Shown: one piece after another, positions 22,996 through 35,922 of the stretch
Position numbering within the stretch: the first letter of the stretch is position 1
How the letters are laid out: each line of letters starts with the position of its first letter
Origin: Malacoraja senta
Taxonomy: Eukaryota
Reading direction: 5' to 3'
DNA: 64,000 nucleotides
Assembly: GCA_038087875.1 (NCBI GenBank)
Contig: JAXLNO010003982.1
Span: forward strand, 62,001 to 126,000
Translations under genes and position numbers: made by a program
Notes under the pieces: generated by a model
Databases searched by the model: none
The model's input: the letters and a program-made list of their open reading frames with translations, nothing else
Told to the model about the DNA's origin: nothing

Positions 22996-25900
22996 GCACC
23001 CAGAGGAAAGCCGAGCGGTCACAGGGAGAACGTATCAACTCCATACAAACAGAACCCATTGTTGGGATCCTTCTTGTGTCTGTGTAGGAAGGCACTGCAG
23101 ATGCTGGCTTACACCAAAGATAGAGACAAAATACTGGAGTAACGCAGTGGAACAGGCAGCATCTATGGATAAAAGGAATGTATCTTCTTGTACCCCACTC
23201 GTTATATATTAATTTATTGTAATTGGAGCAGTCTGCAAAACTCTCCATAGACGAGACAAGTGTTTATGTGGATTGGCTACCATTAAACACTAGTCCCCTG
23301 CAATGAAATGCAGATTTAGCATTTTACAGATCAATACTTTGAGGGCCCCGTTTACAATGATATGTGCATCCCATCATTTAGAATGCCCCTTCGCCTACTC
23401 TTTTGAAGCCTTCTCCACACATATAGTCACAGAGACACACAAATAGAACCTTCAGCCGACAGTCCACTCTGACCATGAAGCACTCATTCCATACCATTCC
23501 ATCCCACCATTGAATAGATCTACAGGAGGTGCTGCCTCAGAAAGACAGCTAATATCATCAGAGACCCACACCACCCTGGCCATACTCTCAGGGCCGGCCA
23601 CCCTGGACCAGGAATTCGCCTGGAAGATCTGGCCCATCCATCACGGACTGAGTTCTTGCTCGCTGTGGACCGTGGATGGAGGACCCACCTGGAAGGCCCA
23701 GCTTGCCCGCCCAGAGTGGAAGGAGTCAGATGGATGGCTTATAGGCAGACAGGCTGCGGGAGGGAATGGACTGCCTCAACAGTGGTGTGGGTGCTGGAGG
23801 CCCTGCAGCAGCCTGGGGCTCGGCTGTTCCAGGTGCTGCTCCAAGAGGCCGGGCACATGGACCAGTTGCGCCCTGCAGCAGTAGAGGACACCACAGCTTC
23901 GATTGGACAGGTCAACCCTGCAACAACACCAGGACAATGGGCCTCATGGTCAACCCAAGAACCCTCACTTACAACAACTGGGACGTGAAAATGGCACCAT
24001 AAACTGGCGACACTGTATACTGTCTCAGCTTACTACTGCTATACACTTATACTGTATCTGAGATGCTTATCTAAGATGTATCTAAGGGCTTATATATAGT
24101 GATACTTGTACTAAACTGTATACAATAATGAATTTCACTGTACCTCGGTACTTGCCACAAATAAAATACCGTTGAACCAATCAACTGTCTCTGAGGTTAG
24201 AGAGCCTGAGAACTGTTAGCTCCAGGTTTAAGAGCAGCTTTTTTCTCATGAGCAGCAGGCATTTAAACACTGCACAACACGAACCACAACCTTACCTCAA
24301 CAACTCTGATCTGTGATGGACTTTATTTTGGTTGCAGTAAGGACGTTTGTTTTTCCACTGTTATGGTCTGGTTACCTAGTATAACTAATAGTAATTTATT
24401 TTACCATTGATTGTTGTATATTTAATATGTGTATAAGAATGTCATTGTTCCATTGCCAGTACAGATGACAATTAAACTCTTGCTCTTGACCAACTCATTC
24501 TTATTCTCTGCAAATTCCCATCATCTCTCTCCAGATTCTATCACTTACCTACAAATGACAGTCAATTTACATTGTAGAAACAAGGAACTACAAATGTTGG
24601 TTCACGAAGAGACACAAAGTGCTGGAGCACCTTAGTGGGTCCGGCAGCATCCCTGGAGATCACGGATATGTGATGATGGATAGATGTTTCGGGTCAAGAC
24701 CCCTTCTTCACTCTGTGGAAGGGTGTTTACCCTAAACGTCATCTAGCCACGTTCTCCGGAGATGCTGCCTGACCAGCTGAGTTACTCCAGCACTTAGCGA
24801 TAGACACAAAATGCTGGAATAACTCAGTGGGTCAGGCAGCATCTCTGGAGAATAGGAATGGGTGATGTATCAGATTGAGGCCCTTCTTCAAACTTTGTCA
24901 TCATTGTGCTAACTTGCTCCATCCCATTCACCCATCATCTTTCTGATTGAAAAATATTCAGATTTTAAACTCTGATCATTGTATTTCAATATCTAAGACC
25001 AACAGCTCTTTCATTCAAAGCATATCTTTCAATCATTTGTTCTTATATATCTCTATATCACCGCCTGTATCTCTCGTTTCCCTTTCCCCTGACTATCAGT
25101 CTGAAGAATGGTCTCAACCTGAAACGCTACCTATTCCTTTTCTCCAGAGTCGCTGTCGGACCCGCTGAGTTACTCCAGCATTTTGTGTCTATCTTCGGTT
25201 TAAACCAGCATCTGCAGTTCCTTCCTACGCAGCTCCTCCCTTGGCATGCATACAGTCCATACAATTTCACAGTTGAGGTTAGCGTTGTGTATTGTTCAAG
25301 TGCGTGATAGTTGTTGGGAAGAAGCTATTCTTGAACCTGGTTGTCATGGTTTTCAGACACCTATACTTTCTTCCCCATGGTGGGAGGTAATGAAAGCGTG
25401 GCCAGGGGGATGATGTTGCCTTCCTTTTTGAGGCAGCGTCTCGTGTGGATCCCTTAGATGGTGGTGAGGTCAGAACCCACGATGAACCGGGCAGTATAAC
25501 TTCCTGATTATTCACAAATTTAAGTATTTCATCTGAAGAGCAGGCCTAAGTAATAGAATTGCTCTCTAAATATCCCTTCCTTTAAGATGCACCTTAAATG
25601 TTTATTTTGCTAATTGTCATGTCATGCCATTATACTGCTCTAAGTAAAATGTTACAGAATAATATTCTTACGAATCTCATTGAAGCATTTTCCTACATTG
25701 GAACTGCTATAAATGTTATTCTTTATATCTAAGCCTGTTTCCCCTTTCACCAAATTAGATTATTACCATCAAAGGAGAATGTCATTGTTTTGTTTGGCTC
25801 TAGAGATGCGTGCTGGAATGTGATCATTAAAATCTTCCCGTATATTGAACCCTGAACGACACTAAACTCAGCTATGATTAATGAACAAAATAAAGTGTTG

Positions 25901-26639
25901 GAGTAACTCAGCAGATCAGGCAGCATGGATAGGTAATGTGTCGAGTCGGACCCTGTAGACCTATGGACTGTCTTTGGTTAAACTAAGCATTCGAGGTGTT
26001 TTTGCACATGTATTGGGATTATCAATTAACTGGATTTTTAGTATGTTATCTATTTGTATTGTCTTACAGGTCTGCTAAGCTGCTACAAGAATTTCATTGT
26101 TTTGTAGTCAGCACATATGACAATTGAACACTCTATACTCTCTTTCCTTCTGGATTCTCTTGTGGAGTGGGATCAAACCTAACATCAGCAAAATGTTGCC
26201 ATTCATCCTTTGTTCCCAATCTCTGATATTCTATAAGATCATAACCGATCCTCCAGCAGACAACCATTTTTCCGAATTCTGGATTCCTTTTGTATCCAAG
26301 CATCTTCCATCTGATTGACTGAATGCCCACAGCCTTCTTGGACAGAGAATTTGAAAGACTAATTACCCTCTGGGTGAAAAGATTTCATCTCATTACTGCA
26401 CTGAATTCAACGATTCAATGATATTTTATTGTCACATGCACCTAGGTACAGTGAAATACTTTGTTTCGCATACAACGGTAAAATCATATAGCAGACCTAA
26501 CCTAGGCAATACACAAGTGTCACCATGTTTTGGTGCCATAAGAATGTCTGAAGCCTTATTTTTAAACTGTGAATTTTGGTTCCAGACACACCAGTCTGGG
26601 GAGAAATAAAAAGATCATCCCTCATGTTCTGAACTTTGA

Positions 26640-27125
26640 CTCACTTCATAAGTCAAAGGTGCAGAATTTGGTTGTTCAGCCCATCAAGTTTACTCCACAA
26701 TTTAATCATGGCTGACCTATCGTTACCTCTCAGTGCCGTTCTCCTGTCATCTCCCTGTGACCTTTGACACTCTTACAAATCGGGCAGCATTTTCTGTTTT
26801 TGTATTCCAGTCCTCTTGATATAAATCACCTTCCTGACTACCGATTCAATTTGCAAATTAACCTTTTAGGAGTCCTGCACCAACACTCCCATGTCACTGT
26901 GTGCCTCCGATTTCTGGATTCTCTCTCCATTTGTAAAATAATCTACGCCTTTATTCTTATTACCAAAATGCATGTCTCCACACTTTGCTATACTGGATTT
27001 CATCTGCCACTTCTCTGCCCACTCTCCTAACCCGAACAAGTCCTTCTGCAAAGTCCTTGCATCCTCTACACTGCCTGCCCCTCCACCTATTTTAGCATCA
27101 TCTGCAAACTTGGCCACATCACTAC
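26640..27125 (-). mobile_element. CR1 LINE fragment
   Basis: Minus ORF 26866..27174 contains VAKFADDAKIGG..LQKDL..LGEWAEKWQM..KCGDMHFG. Confidence 0.85.
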
Positions 27126-27371
27126 TAAACAACATAAACGTGACGACCGCACGTTTGGAGCTAAGCGTTGTCACTCAGTCAATAGCAAAATCCACAGTGT
27201 GTGCTAATCTTTTAATGATTTTGCATTGTACTAGTGCCTCGCTCTCTTCCCACATTTCAGAATCAGATCAATCAGAATCAGAATCACACTTTATTCGCCA
27301 AGTATGTTTTGCAACATACGAGGAATTTGGCCATAAACTTGAACCTGTCAAACAATGCACTTTGTGTAGGA

Positions 27372-28262
27372 TAGAACTGCAGATGCTGGTTTAACTCGAA
27401 GGTAGACACAAAATGCTGGAGTAACTCAGCAGGCCAGCAGCATCTCTGGAGAGAAGGAATGGGCGACCTATCGGGTCGAGACCCTTCTTCAGACTGATGT
27501 CAGGGGAGTTGACGGGACAAAGATAGAATGTAGTTGAAGACACTAAGACTAGTGGAAGAACTGGGAAGGGGGAGGGGATAGAGAGGGAAAGCAAGGGCAA
27601 TTTAAAGTTAGAGAAGTCAATGTTCATACCGCTGGGGTGTAAACTACCCAAGTGAAATATGAGGTGCTATTCCTCCAATTTGCACTGGGCCTCACCCTGA
27701 CAATGGAGGAGGCCCAGGACAGAAAGGTCAGATTGTGAATGGGAGGGGAAGTTGAAGTGCTGAGCAACCAGGAGATCAGGTAGGTTAAGATGGACAGAGC
27801 GGAGTAGTTCAGTGAAATCATTGCCGAGCCTGTGCTTGGCCTCACTGATGTAGAGAAGTTGACACCTGCAACTGCAGATACAGTAGATGAGGTTGGAGGA
27901 GGTGCAAGTGAACCTCTGCCTCACCTGGAAAGACTGTTTGGGTCCTTGGATGGAGTCGAGAAGGGAGGGAAAGGGACACGTGTTGCATCTCCTGCGGTTG
28001 CAGGGGAAAGTACCTGGGGAGGGGGTGGTTTGGGTGGAAAAGGACGAGTTGACCAGGGAATTTCGGAGGGAATGGTCTCCACGGAAAGCAGAAAGAGGTG
28101 GAGATGGGAAGATGTGGCCAGTATTGGGATCCTGTTGGAGGTGGCAAAAAATGATGGAGGATCATATGCTGTGCGACGGCTGATGGGGTGGAAGGTGAGG
28201 ACAAGGGGGACTCTGTCCTTGTTACGAATGTGGGGGGAAGGGAGAGCAAGAGCGGAGCAGCG
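27372..28262 (-). mobile_element. Penelope-like element 3' fragment with terminal repeat
   Basis: ORF 27667..27924 QRFTCTSSNLIYCICSCRCQLLYISEAK..., 27921..28376 RVPLVLTFHP; hammerhead core altered (GAAAC to GATAG) near 27465. Confidence 0.88.
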
Positions 28263-28567
28263 AGGAAACCCTAGTGAATGCCTCGCTCCTGTTTGTTTTA
28301 CACGAGTTAAAATCAGTTTAAACCAATATCTGTAGTTCCTTCTTCCACAAAGGAAACGGGGCATTGTGCAAATCAAAGCAGAAATTCCAGTCTGGATTGT
28401 ACTGAAACAGTGGAGATTAAACCCTTTTAACGTCCGTCCGCATGAACCATGAATCAGACTGAATGTGTATTGCGCGCTTTTTTAAACTCAGTCGCCTCCG
28501 GTCAAGATTGAGATAAAGCCAAGACGCTTTTAGCCAGTAGTGAATAAAATGAGAATCATTAACTTAC

Positions 28568-28619
28568 CTGCTTGAGCCCCTTGTACGCGGAAGAAACTCA
28601 ACAAGATGAACAGAATCAT
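28568..28619 (-). CDS. Probable leader (signal peptide) exon of class I-like gene A
   Basis: ATG at 28619; MILFILLSFFRVQGAQA+G then the perfect donor |gtaagt. Phase 1 joins the alpha1 acceptor to give ...AQA-GPHT. The link to the 4919-5179 exon is inferred. Confidence 0.75.
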
Positions 28620-28790
28620 TTCACGCACAACCTCTCACATCAACAGCAGCAACTGAGCCAAACTTCACCAACATCAAAGCAGGATCTCATCATGCAATCA
28701 GAATCAAAATACCACGGGTCAACACCAGTTGTCGAGCGATGTCATTGAACCAGCAGGAAACAATTGACTGTAATGGAGACACGAGGAGGA
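28620..28790 (-). promoter_or_regulatory. Putative proximal promoter and 5' UTR of gene A
   Basis: About 170 bp of unique sequence between the ATG and a block of PLE repeats; contains an ETS-like CAGGAA and a CRE/X2-like TGACATC. No convincing S-X-Y spacing. Confidence 0.35.
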
Positions 28791-29319
28791 GCTGATGCTG
28801 ATTTACAACAACAAAAGACCCAAAGTGCTGGTGTAACTCAACAGGTCAGGTGGCAACTCCGGAGGGCATAGATAGGTGACGATAGACACAAAGCGCTGGA
28901 GTAACTCAACGGGTCGAGCAGCATCTTTGGAGAAAAAGGATAGGTGACTATTGTCAGTCTGAAGTAGGGTCCCAATCTGAAACAGCGCCTGTCAATGTCC
29001 TCCAGAGATGTTGCCCGACCTGCTGAGTTACTCCAGCACTTTGGTTTTATCGCACTCTATAGCAAATGGTATGGAAAGGCAGGGCGTAGTTGCTGGAACT
29101 GTAATTACGTTTCAGATAACTCCATTCTTATGCTGCTAACTGCTCCTTATGTTATGATTCAGGAGACCCATAAATCCAATGCCTATCCTGACTTGAATCA
29201 TTACAATGCAGAACAAAAAGGAGGAAACCAAACACTGTACACAGCAGGTAGAGCTGCTGCCTCACAGCACCAGAGACCAGCGTTAGATCCTGACCTCTGG
29301 TATTGTCTGTGTAGATTTT

Positions 29320-29527
29320 CTTTAAGAAAGAACTGCAGATGCTGGAAAAATCGAAGGTAGACAAAAATGCTGGAGAAACTCAGCGGGTGAGGCAGCATCT
29401 ATGGAGCAAAGGAATAGGCGACGTTTCCGGTCGAGACCCTCCAAGAAGGGTCTTGACCCAAAACTATTCCTTCGCTCCATAGATGCTGCCTCACCCCCTG
29501 AGTTTCTCCAGCATTTTTGTCTAGCTA
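29320..29527. mobile_element. Fold-back dimer of PLE terminal repeat inserted in an HE1 SINE
   Basis: Inverted arms 29321-29440 and 29441-29523; flanking 13-bp direct repeat CTGTGTAGATTTT (29307-29319) / CTGTATAGATTTT (29528-29540). Confidence 0.88.
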
Positions 29528-30139
29528 CTGTATAGATTTTGTTCCTTCTTCCTGTGACCATCTGGGTTCTTCCCGGGTGCTCTGGTTTTCTCCCACATTC
29601 CACAGGTGTGTGGGTTTGTCAGTTAATTGACATCTGTAAATTTCCCCTAGTGTGTGTGGGGATTGGACAAAAAAGTGGGAAAACATTGAACTAGTGTGAA
29701 GGGGTGACCGGTGGTCAGCATGGTGGGCTGAAGGGCCTGTTTCCATGTTGTATCTTTCAACTCAAAATGGAATTCTGTAAAACAGTTATATTGGAAGCTA
29801 GTTTGGACATTGAAACTGTGGAGCAAATGGTGGTGGATATAGACGGCGATGGTGTCTACAAATTTATCAAGGATCTATATCCGATATGGGGAGAACTTAC
29901 ACAATAGCATTGGTATTGGTTTATTATTGTCACTTGTATTGTGATATAGTGAAAAGCTTTTATTTGCATCCTAATCAAACCAGATCAGGAATGACTGAGG
30001 GATTGTATTGAACAACAGGGCAGGCTTGTGGGCCTGTTTCAATGCAATAAACTCCATATCAATGTACCATATAAAGAATGCAGGTGCTGGTATGGTTGGT
30101 GATGAGCCCAAAATATTGCTTTTGTAATTCAAGATATCC

Positions 30140-30450
30140 TCAGTGTTGCAACGGTAGAGTTGCTGCCTATAGCAGCAGAGACTCAGGTCGATTCTGACTA
30201 ACGGTGCTGTCTGTACGGTGTTTGTACATTCTCCCTGCATCTCCATGCGTGACTGCATTGTTTTTCTCTGGGTGCTCCAGTTTCCTCCCACATCTCAAAG
30301 AAGTACATGTTTTTAGGTTAATTTGCTTTGGTAAAATTGTAAATTGTCACCTGTCGTGGTATAGTACTATTGTACGGGGAGTTAGCGAGGACTCGGTGGG
30401 CCGAAGGGCCTGCTTCCGTGATGTACCTCTGAAGTCTAAAGTCAAAATGT
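30140..30450 (+). mobile_element. HE1-type V-SINE
   Basis: gcaacggtagagttgctgcc head, V-domain, ggtgggccgaagggcctg tail. Confidence 0.82.
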
Positions 30451-31319
30451 TAATTTCTATTCATTTTAATTTTCAGCTCTTAACCAAAATCATTTCAATC
30501 AACCCAAAGATGTCTGTGTTTCTCCCTCACTACATCAGATTTAAGTCTGCATTTTTAAAAATGCTTTTAATTTTGCTCGGATAGTGCTGAACTAATTTGC
30601 TTATGTTACTGGAGTTATAACTCACAGCAGTGACCACAGTAAGCAAGAGACATCAAATACATGAACACAAGAAAGGAGAAGCAGGAATAGGCCCACAAGC
30701 CACTGGCAGAATTAGTCCAAACCAATGTTTTAGTCCATATTACTCAACCACTGATAGAGGCCACATTATTCTGCTCCCTTCTCCCTAAAGTTGAGTTTAT
30801 TATTGTAATGTGTACAAAAATACGGTGAAATACCATGTTTTGCATGCTATCCAGTCATAATACACCATACGTGAGTGCAATCATAAACAAGTAAGAGTGC
30901 GATGATTGTAGTGGGTAATTGTAGAGATCACAAGAAAAATGAAGTACTTGTTGGCCATGAGTAAAGTCTGTTCTGCAGCTCAATTAGGTCATGACTGATC
31001 TACTCATGACCAGAAGAGTCTGTAGCCAGTAACCAACAACTTCCCAAAGAAACAAATCCATCCTTCTCAGTAACGTAATGAATCTACAATCTGTAGTTGA
31101 AAATTCCCATGATTCGTTATCATCTGGGAGAAAAATAAAACAATTTTCTCCTCAGTTTGAAACCTTGGCCTCCAAGGTCTAGTTTCCTCCATGAGGGGAA
31201 CTATCAAGAACAGGAGGAAATAGAACAGTAGTAGGCTATCAGCCCCTGAGAATAGTCACCAAACTTGTCCCACCATTCAATAAAATGATCACTGTTCAGT
31301 TGGCCTCAGCTCCTTAGAT

Positions 31320-31830
31320 TAGTTTGGTTTAGAGGTACAGCCTTGAAACAGGCCCTTAGGCCCACTGAGTCTATGCTGACCAGTGATCCCCCCACACTAA
31401 CACTATCCTACACACACCTGGGGCAATTAACCTGCAAACCTGCATGTCTTTGGAGTGTGGGAGGAAGCTGGAAGCCCCAGAGAAAACCCACACAGGTCAC
31501 AGGGAGAACGTAAAAAATCCATACAGACAGCACCCATGGTCAAGATCAAACCTGGGTCTCTGCCACTGTAGCAACTCTACCGCTGCTACTCCGTGCCACC
31601 CCTTTGCGTCACCATGCTGCCTACACAGTTCTATCCTATACACATAGGACAATTTACAGATGCCAATTAACCTATAAACCTGCAGGTCTTTGGAACTGGG
31701 AGGAAACGAAAGCACCAGGGAAAACCCATGCAGTCACAGAGAGAACATACAAAGTTGGTACAGACAGCACCCTTAGTCAGGATCAAACCGGAGTCACAGG
31801 TACTGCAAGGAAGTAACTCCACTGCTGTGC
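31320..31830 (-). mobile_element. Two adjacent minus-strand HE1 SINEs
   Basis: V-domain occurs twice (about 31450 and 31690), each followed by cagacagcacc..caggatcaaacc head sequence. Confidence 0.8.
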
Positions 31831-32559
31831 CCCTCTGATTGAAATGTTGGTTGCAAGTTCTAACTTTATTCATGAGGGTAATCGTCCACAACACAAGTAA
31901 AAATAGCAGAAGTGGACTACTCCTCTGTTCCTTTACCCCAAAACCGTCAATTGCCTGAATCTTTCAAAGATTTCTCTATCTGTTCATAAGCATATCTAAT
32001 GCCTTAGCCACCACCACCTCTGGGCACAGAATTCCAGCGATTCACACCGTTCTGAAAGAAGTCATTTTTATGTACCTCACTTTTAAACAACTGGTCCCTT
32101 ATTCTGTAGTTGTTTCCCATTGTTTTTAGACTTTCCCACCAGTGAAACATCTCAACATCTATCATGAAAAGCCCCTTAAGATATTGCATGTGTGAATAAG
32201 GTCACTCATCACTTTCTACACTCCAAGGAATGCAGACCTAAAGTGTTTACCGCTCTTGATGGGACAACCTTTTCATCTCTTGACTTAGTTTGGTGAATTT
32301 CACCTGGTCTGCATCCAATGCTCCTATACCCTATTTAATGTTAAACTGTGTGCGGTTTTCCAGTTATTGACTCACTATCATCCTGCATAATTCCAATATA
32401 ACTTCCCTGTTCTTAAATTCCATCCCCTTTGCAGTAAAGACTGCATTTTTTCCATTGGTTACTGGGCCTGCTACTAACTTAATTTGATGCATGCACTTGA
32501 ATACCAAGATCCCATCTGAACTTCACTCAGTTACAGTCTCTCTCCATTTAGACAATAAT

Positions 32560-33320
32560 CCACCATTTAAGGTTTAGCTTGAGGTTTGTTATTGTGATGT
32601 GTACCAAGGTACGGTGAAAAGCATTGTGTTTGCTGTTGTATACATAAATACTATCAAGCCAAACGCAAGTACAATAGGCAGACTGAAGGATAAGATACAG
32701 AGTGAAGAATATAGCTCTCAACATTATTGTACAACAGTTCCAGAGACAAAATCCAATGGCCATATTGAGGTAAAGGAGAATTGGGAATGGGTCCTAGCAC
32801 ATGGAACATTCAAAAGCCTGATAACAGAGGAGAAGAAGCTGTTCCTGTGTCTGGTGCTCTACACCTTTAAGCTCTGCATCTTCTGCCTGATGGAAGTGGA
32901 GAAAAAAGGAATCACTAGTGTGAGAAAGGTCTTTGACTATGTTGGCTGTCTTCCTGAAGAGGCAGGAAGTGTAAATGGAGACAACGATGGGCAGTCTGGT
33001 CTGTGTGATGGACTGTGCTACATCTACACCTCTCTGCAATATCTTGTGGTCTTGGGCAAAGCTATTCTGAAAACAAGCTGTGATGTAACCTGATAGTATG
33101 CTTTCTATGGTGCATCTATGGAAGTTGGTAAGAGTCATTGGACACATACCAAATTTCCTCAGTCGTCTGAGGAAATGCAGGCATTGGTGTGCCTTCTTGG
33201 CTGTCCCTTCAATGTGGTTGGTCCATCAAGGTTCGTTGGTAATATTTACACCAAAGAATTTTAAGCTCTCAACCATTTCTACTTTGGCACCATTGATACT
33301 GATTGGGGCAAGCTGACTTG
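32560..33320 (-). mobile_element. Rex1/Babar-type LINE fragment
   Basis: Minus ORFs contain VESLKFFGVNI and FHRCTIESILSGYITA, homologous to 13566-13856. Confidence 0.78.
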
Positions 33321-34124
33321 ATTCCTTATGCCAAAGAGCATGACTCGAAACATCACCAATTCTACCTAGAGATGCTGCTTGTCCTGCTAAGTTACTCCAG
33401 CATTTTGTGTCTACCTTCAGTGTGAAGCAGCATTTGCAGTTCCTTCCTACACAATTTGGCTGCTCCACTGAGAAATCTCCTCAAGGTATGCCTACTTTGA
33501 AGAAGTTCTCCTCTCTCCAACGAGAGTTCTACAGTCCGAAAATGGGTCTCGACCTGAAACGTCACCCATTCCTTCTATCTAGAGATGCTGCCTGTCCCGC
33601 TGAGTTATTCCAGCATTTTGTGTCTATCTTCAGCATGACCTCACAGTTTCCCACATTAAACACATTAGCCAGGTTTTGACTAATCACTCAAGCTATCTAT
33701 ATCCTGTTGTAAAATCATACTTTCCTCATTAAACCGTGCCATTTCATCTATTTTTGTATCATTGCCAAAACTGTCCTTACATTGGTTCCCTGCTCCAATT
33801 AGTTGAGGGGAGCCCTGATAGAAGTATGTAAAATTATGAAAGGCATGGATAAGTTTGGCTCCCGTTTGGCAGAAGGTGCAGAAGATTGAAGGCACGTACC
33901 GCCAGCCTCAGCGACAGCTTCTTCCCCTCTGTTATCTGGCTACTGAACAGTTTTTCTGTAGGTTATGGTAAGTATGATTTACCTCTATCCACCGAGATCA
34001 TTGGTGTTTCTCACTGGAACTGATGCGCTACAATGCTGAGATTGTTATGCTGCATGATATTATTCCCCTTTTAATTGATTATATCTGTGTATGGTATATC
34101 CAATCTGTTTGGATAGCATGGCAT

Positions 34125-35163
34125 GCCTAGGTCCTTGGATGGAGTTAAGGGGGGAGGTAAAGCGACAAGTGTAGCATTTCCTGCAGTTGCAAGGGAAAGT
34201 ACCAGGGGAGGGAGTGGTTTGGGTGGGAAGGGACAAATTGACCAGGGAGTTACAGAGGGTGCAGTCTCTTCAGAAAGCTGAAAGGGGAGAAGATGAGAAG
34301 ATGTGGCCAGTGATGGGATCCCGTTGGAGGTGGCGAATATGTCGGAGGATTATCTGTTGTATGTGACGGCTGGTAGGGTGTAATGTGAGGACAAGGGGGA
34401 CTTGTCACGAGTGGGGGGATGGGGAGTGAGAGCGGAGCAACGAGATATAGAAGAGACCCTGCTGAGAGCCTCATCTACAGTCGAAGAGAAGAAGCCCCGT
34501 TCCTTAACCTTCCCCTCCCCTGGCACTTTCACTTGCAACCGCAGGAAATGCTACACTTGTCGCTTTATCTCCCCCCTTGACTCCATCCAAGGGCCTAAGC
34601 AGTCTTTCCAAGTGAGGCAGAAGTTCACCTGCCCCTCCTCCAACCTCATCTATTGCATCCGCTGCTCTAGGTGTCAACTGCTCTACATCGGTGAGACCAA
34701 GCGCAGGATTGGCGATCGCTTCGCCCAACACCTCCGCTCAGTCCGCATTAACCAACCTGATCTCCCAGTGGCTCAGCACTTCAACTCCCCCTCCCATTCA
34801 GAATCCGACCTTTCTGTCCTGGGTCTCCTCCACGGCCAGAGTAAGACCCTCCGCAAATTGGAGGAGCAGCATATCATTTTTCGCTTGGGTAGTTTACACC
34901 CCAGCGGTATGAACATTGACCTCCATTTTCAGGTAGTCTTTGCTTTCTCCCTCCTTCCCCTCCCCTTCGAAGCTCTCCCACAGCCTACTATTTCCACCTC
35001 TTCCTTTCTTCTTCCCGCCCCACACCCCCATATCAGTCTGAAGAAGGGTCTCGACCCAAAACGTCACCTATTCCTTTGCTCCATAGATGCTGCCTCACTG
35101 CTGAGTTTCTCCAGCATTTTTGTCTACCTTGGATTTTTCCAGCATCTGCAGTTCTTTCTTAAA
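34125..35163 (+). mobile_element. Penelope-like element with a 5' inversion
   Basis: Minus arm 34125-34505 and plus arm 34510-35163 (GTFTCNRRKCYTC...YIGETKRRIGDRF...GMNID); terminal repeat at 35030-35163. Confidence 0.88.
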
Positions 35164-35571
35164 CATGTACTTGTTCCTTGTACTTTTCCTGAGTGTATGG
35201 TGGGGGTAATATGGAGTGAGCTTTACCCAAAATCAAATGCGAGGTAAGAGTTGTTTAATTGTCATATGTATCAACAATAGAACAACAAAATTCTGACTTG
35301 CTGCAGCTTCACCTGCATGTAACTGCAATAACACAGAGATAATATAAAACAACCAATATAACAATAAATTAATAACTGTAATACTGGACTATCATAATAG
35401 TGCAAAAAACTAAATTCATATTACATTCAAAGACAGTCCGTAGATGATCATAGATGCTGAAGTTAGTTTTGTGTGGTGTTGAAGAGCCTGATGATTGCTG
35501 AGAAGAGACTATTCTTGAATCTGGTTGTCACGGTTTTCAGGCTGCTGTATCTTTCCCTATATCTATACTTA

Positions 35572-35877
35572 GGGGCGGCAGGGTGGCGCAGCGGTAGTTG
35601 CTGCCTTATAGCAACAGACACCAGGGTTCGATCCTGACTATGGGTGCGGTCCACACGGAGTTTGTATGTTGGGTGAACGCATGGGTTTTCTCCGGGTGCT
35701 CCAGTTTCCTCCCACACTCCAAAGACGTACAGGTTTGTAGGTTAATTGGTTTGTAAATTGTAATTTGTACCTAGTGTGTGTAGGATAGTGCCAATGTAAA
35801 GGGATCATTGGTCTTCGCAAACTTGGTAGGCCGAAAGGCCTGTTTCCATGCTGTATCTCTAAACTAAACTAAACTAA
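35572..35877 (+). mobile_element. HE1-type V-SINE, full length
   Basis: ggggcggcagggtggcgcagcggtag head, B-box ggttcgatcc, V-domain, (CTAAA)n tail. Confidence 0.9.
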
Positions 35878-35922
35878 TTCTGCCCTGAGAGTGTGTGCAT
35901 GGACAACGCAGACACAGCTTAA

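Noticed and set aside
28690-28780. MHC S-X-Y promoter module
   Set aside because: TGACATC and CTGATTGC are only partial matches, and their spacing (about 45 bp) does not fit the conserved X2-Y distance.
30620-30665. Possible second leader exon (MYLMSLAYCGHC plus gtgagt)
   Set aside because: The ATG derives from a CR1 3' tail and the peptide is too short and weakly hydrophobic.
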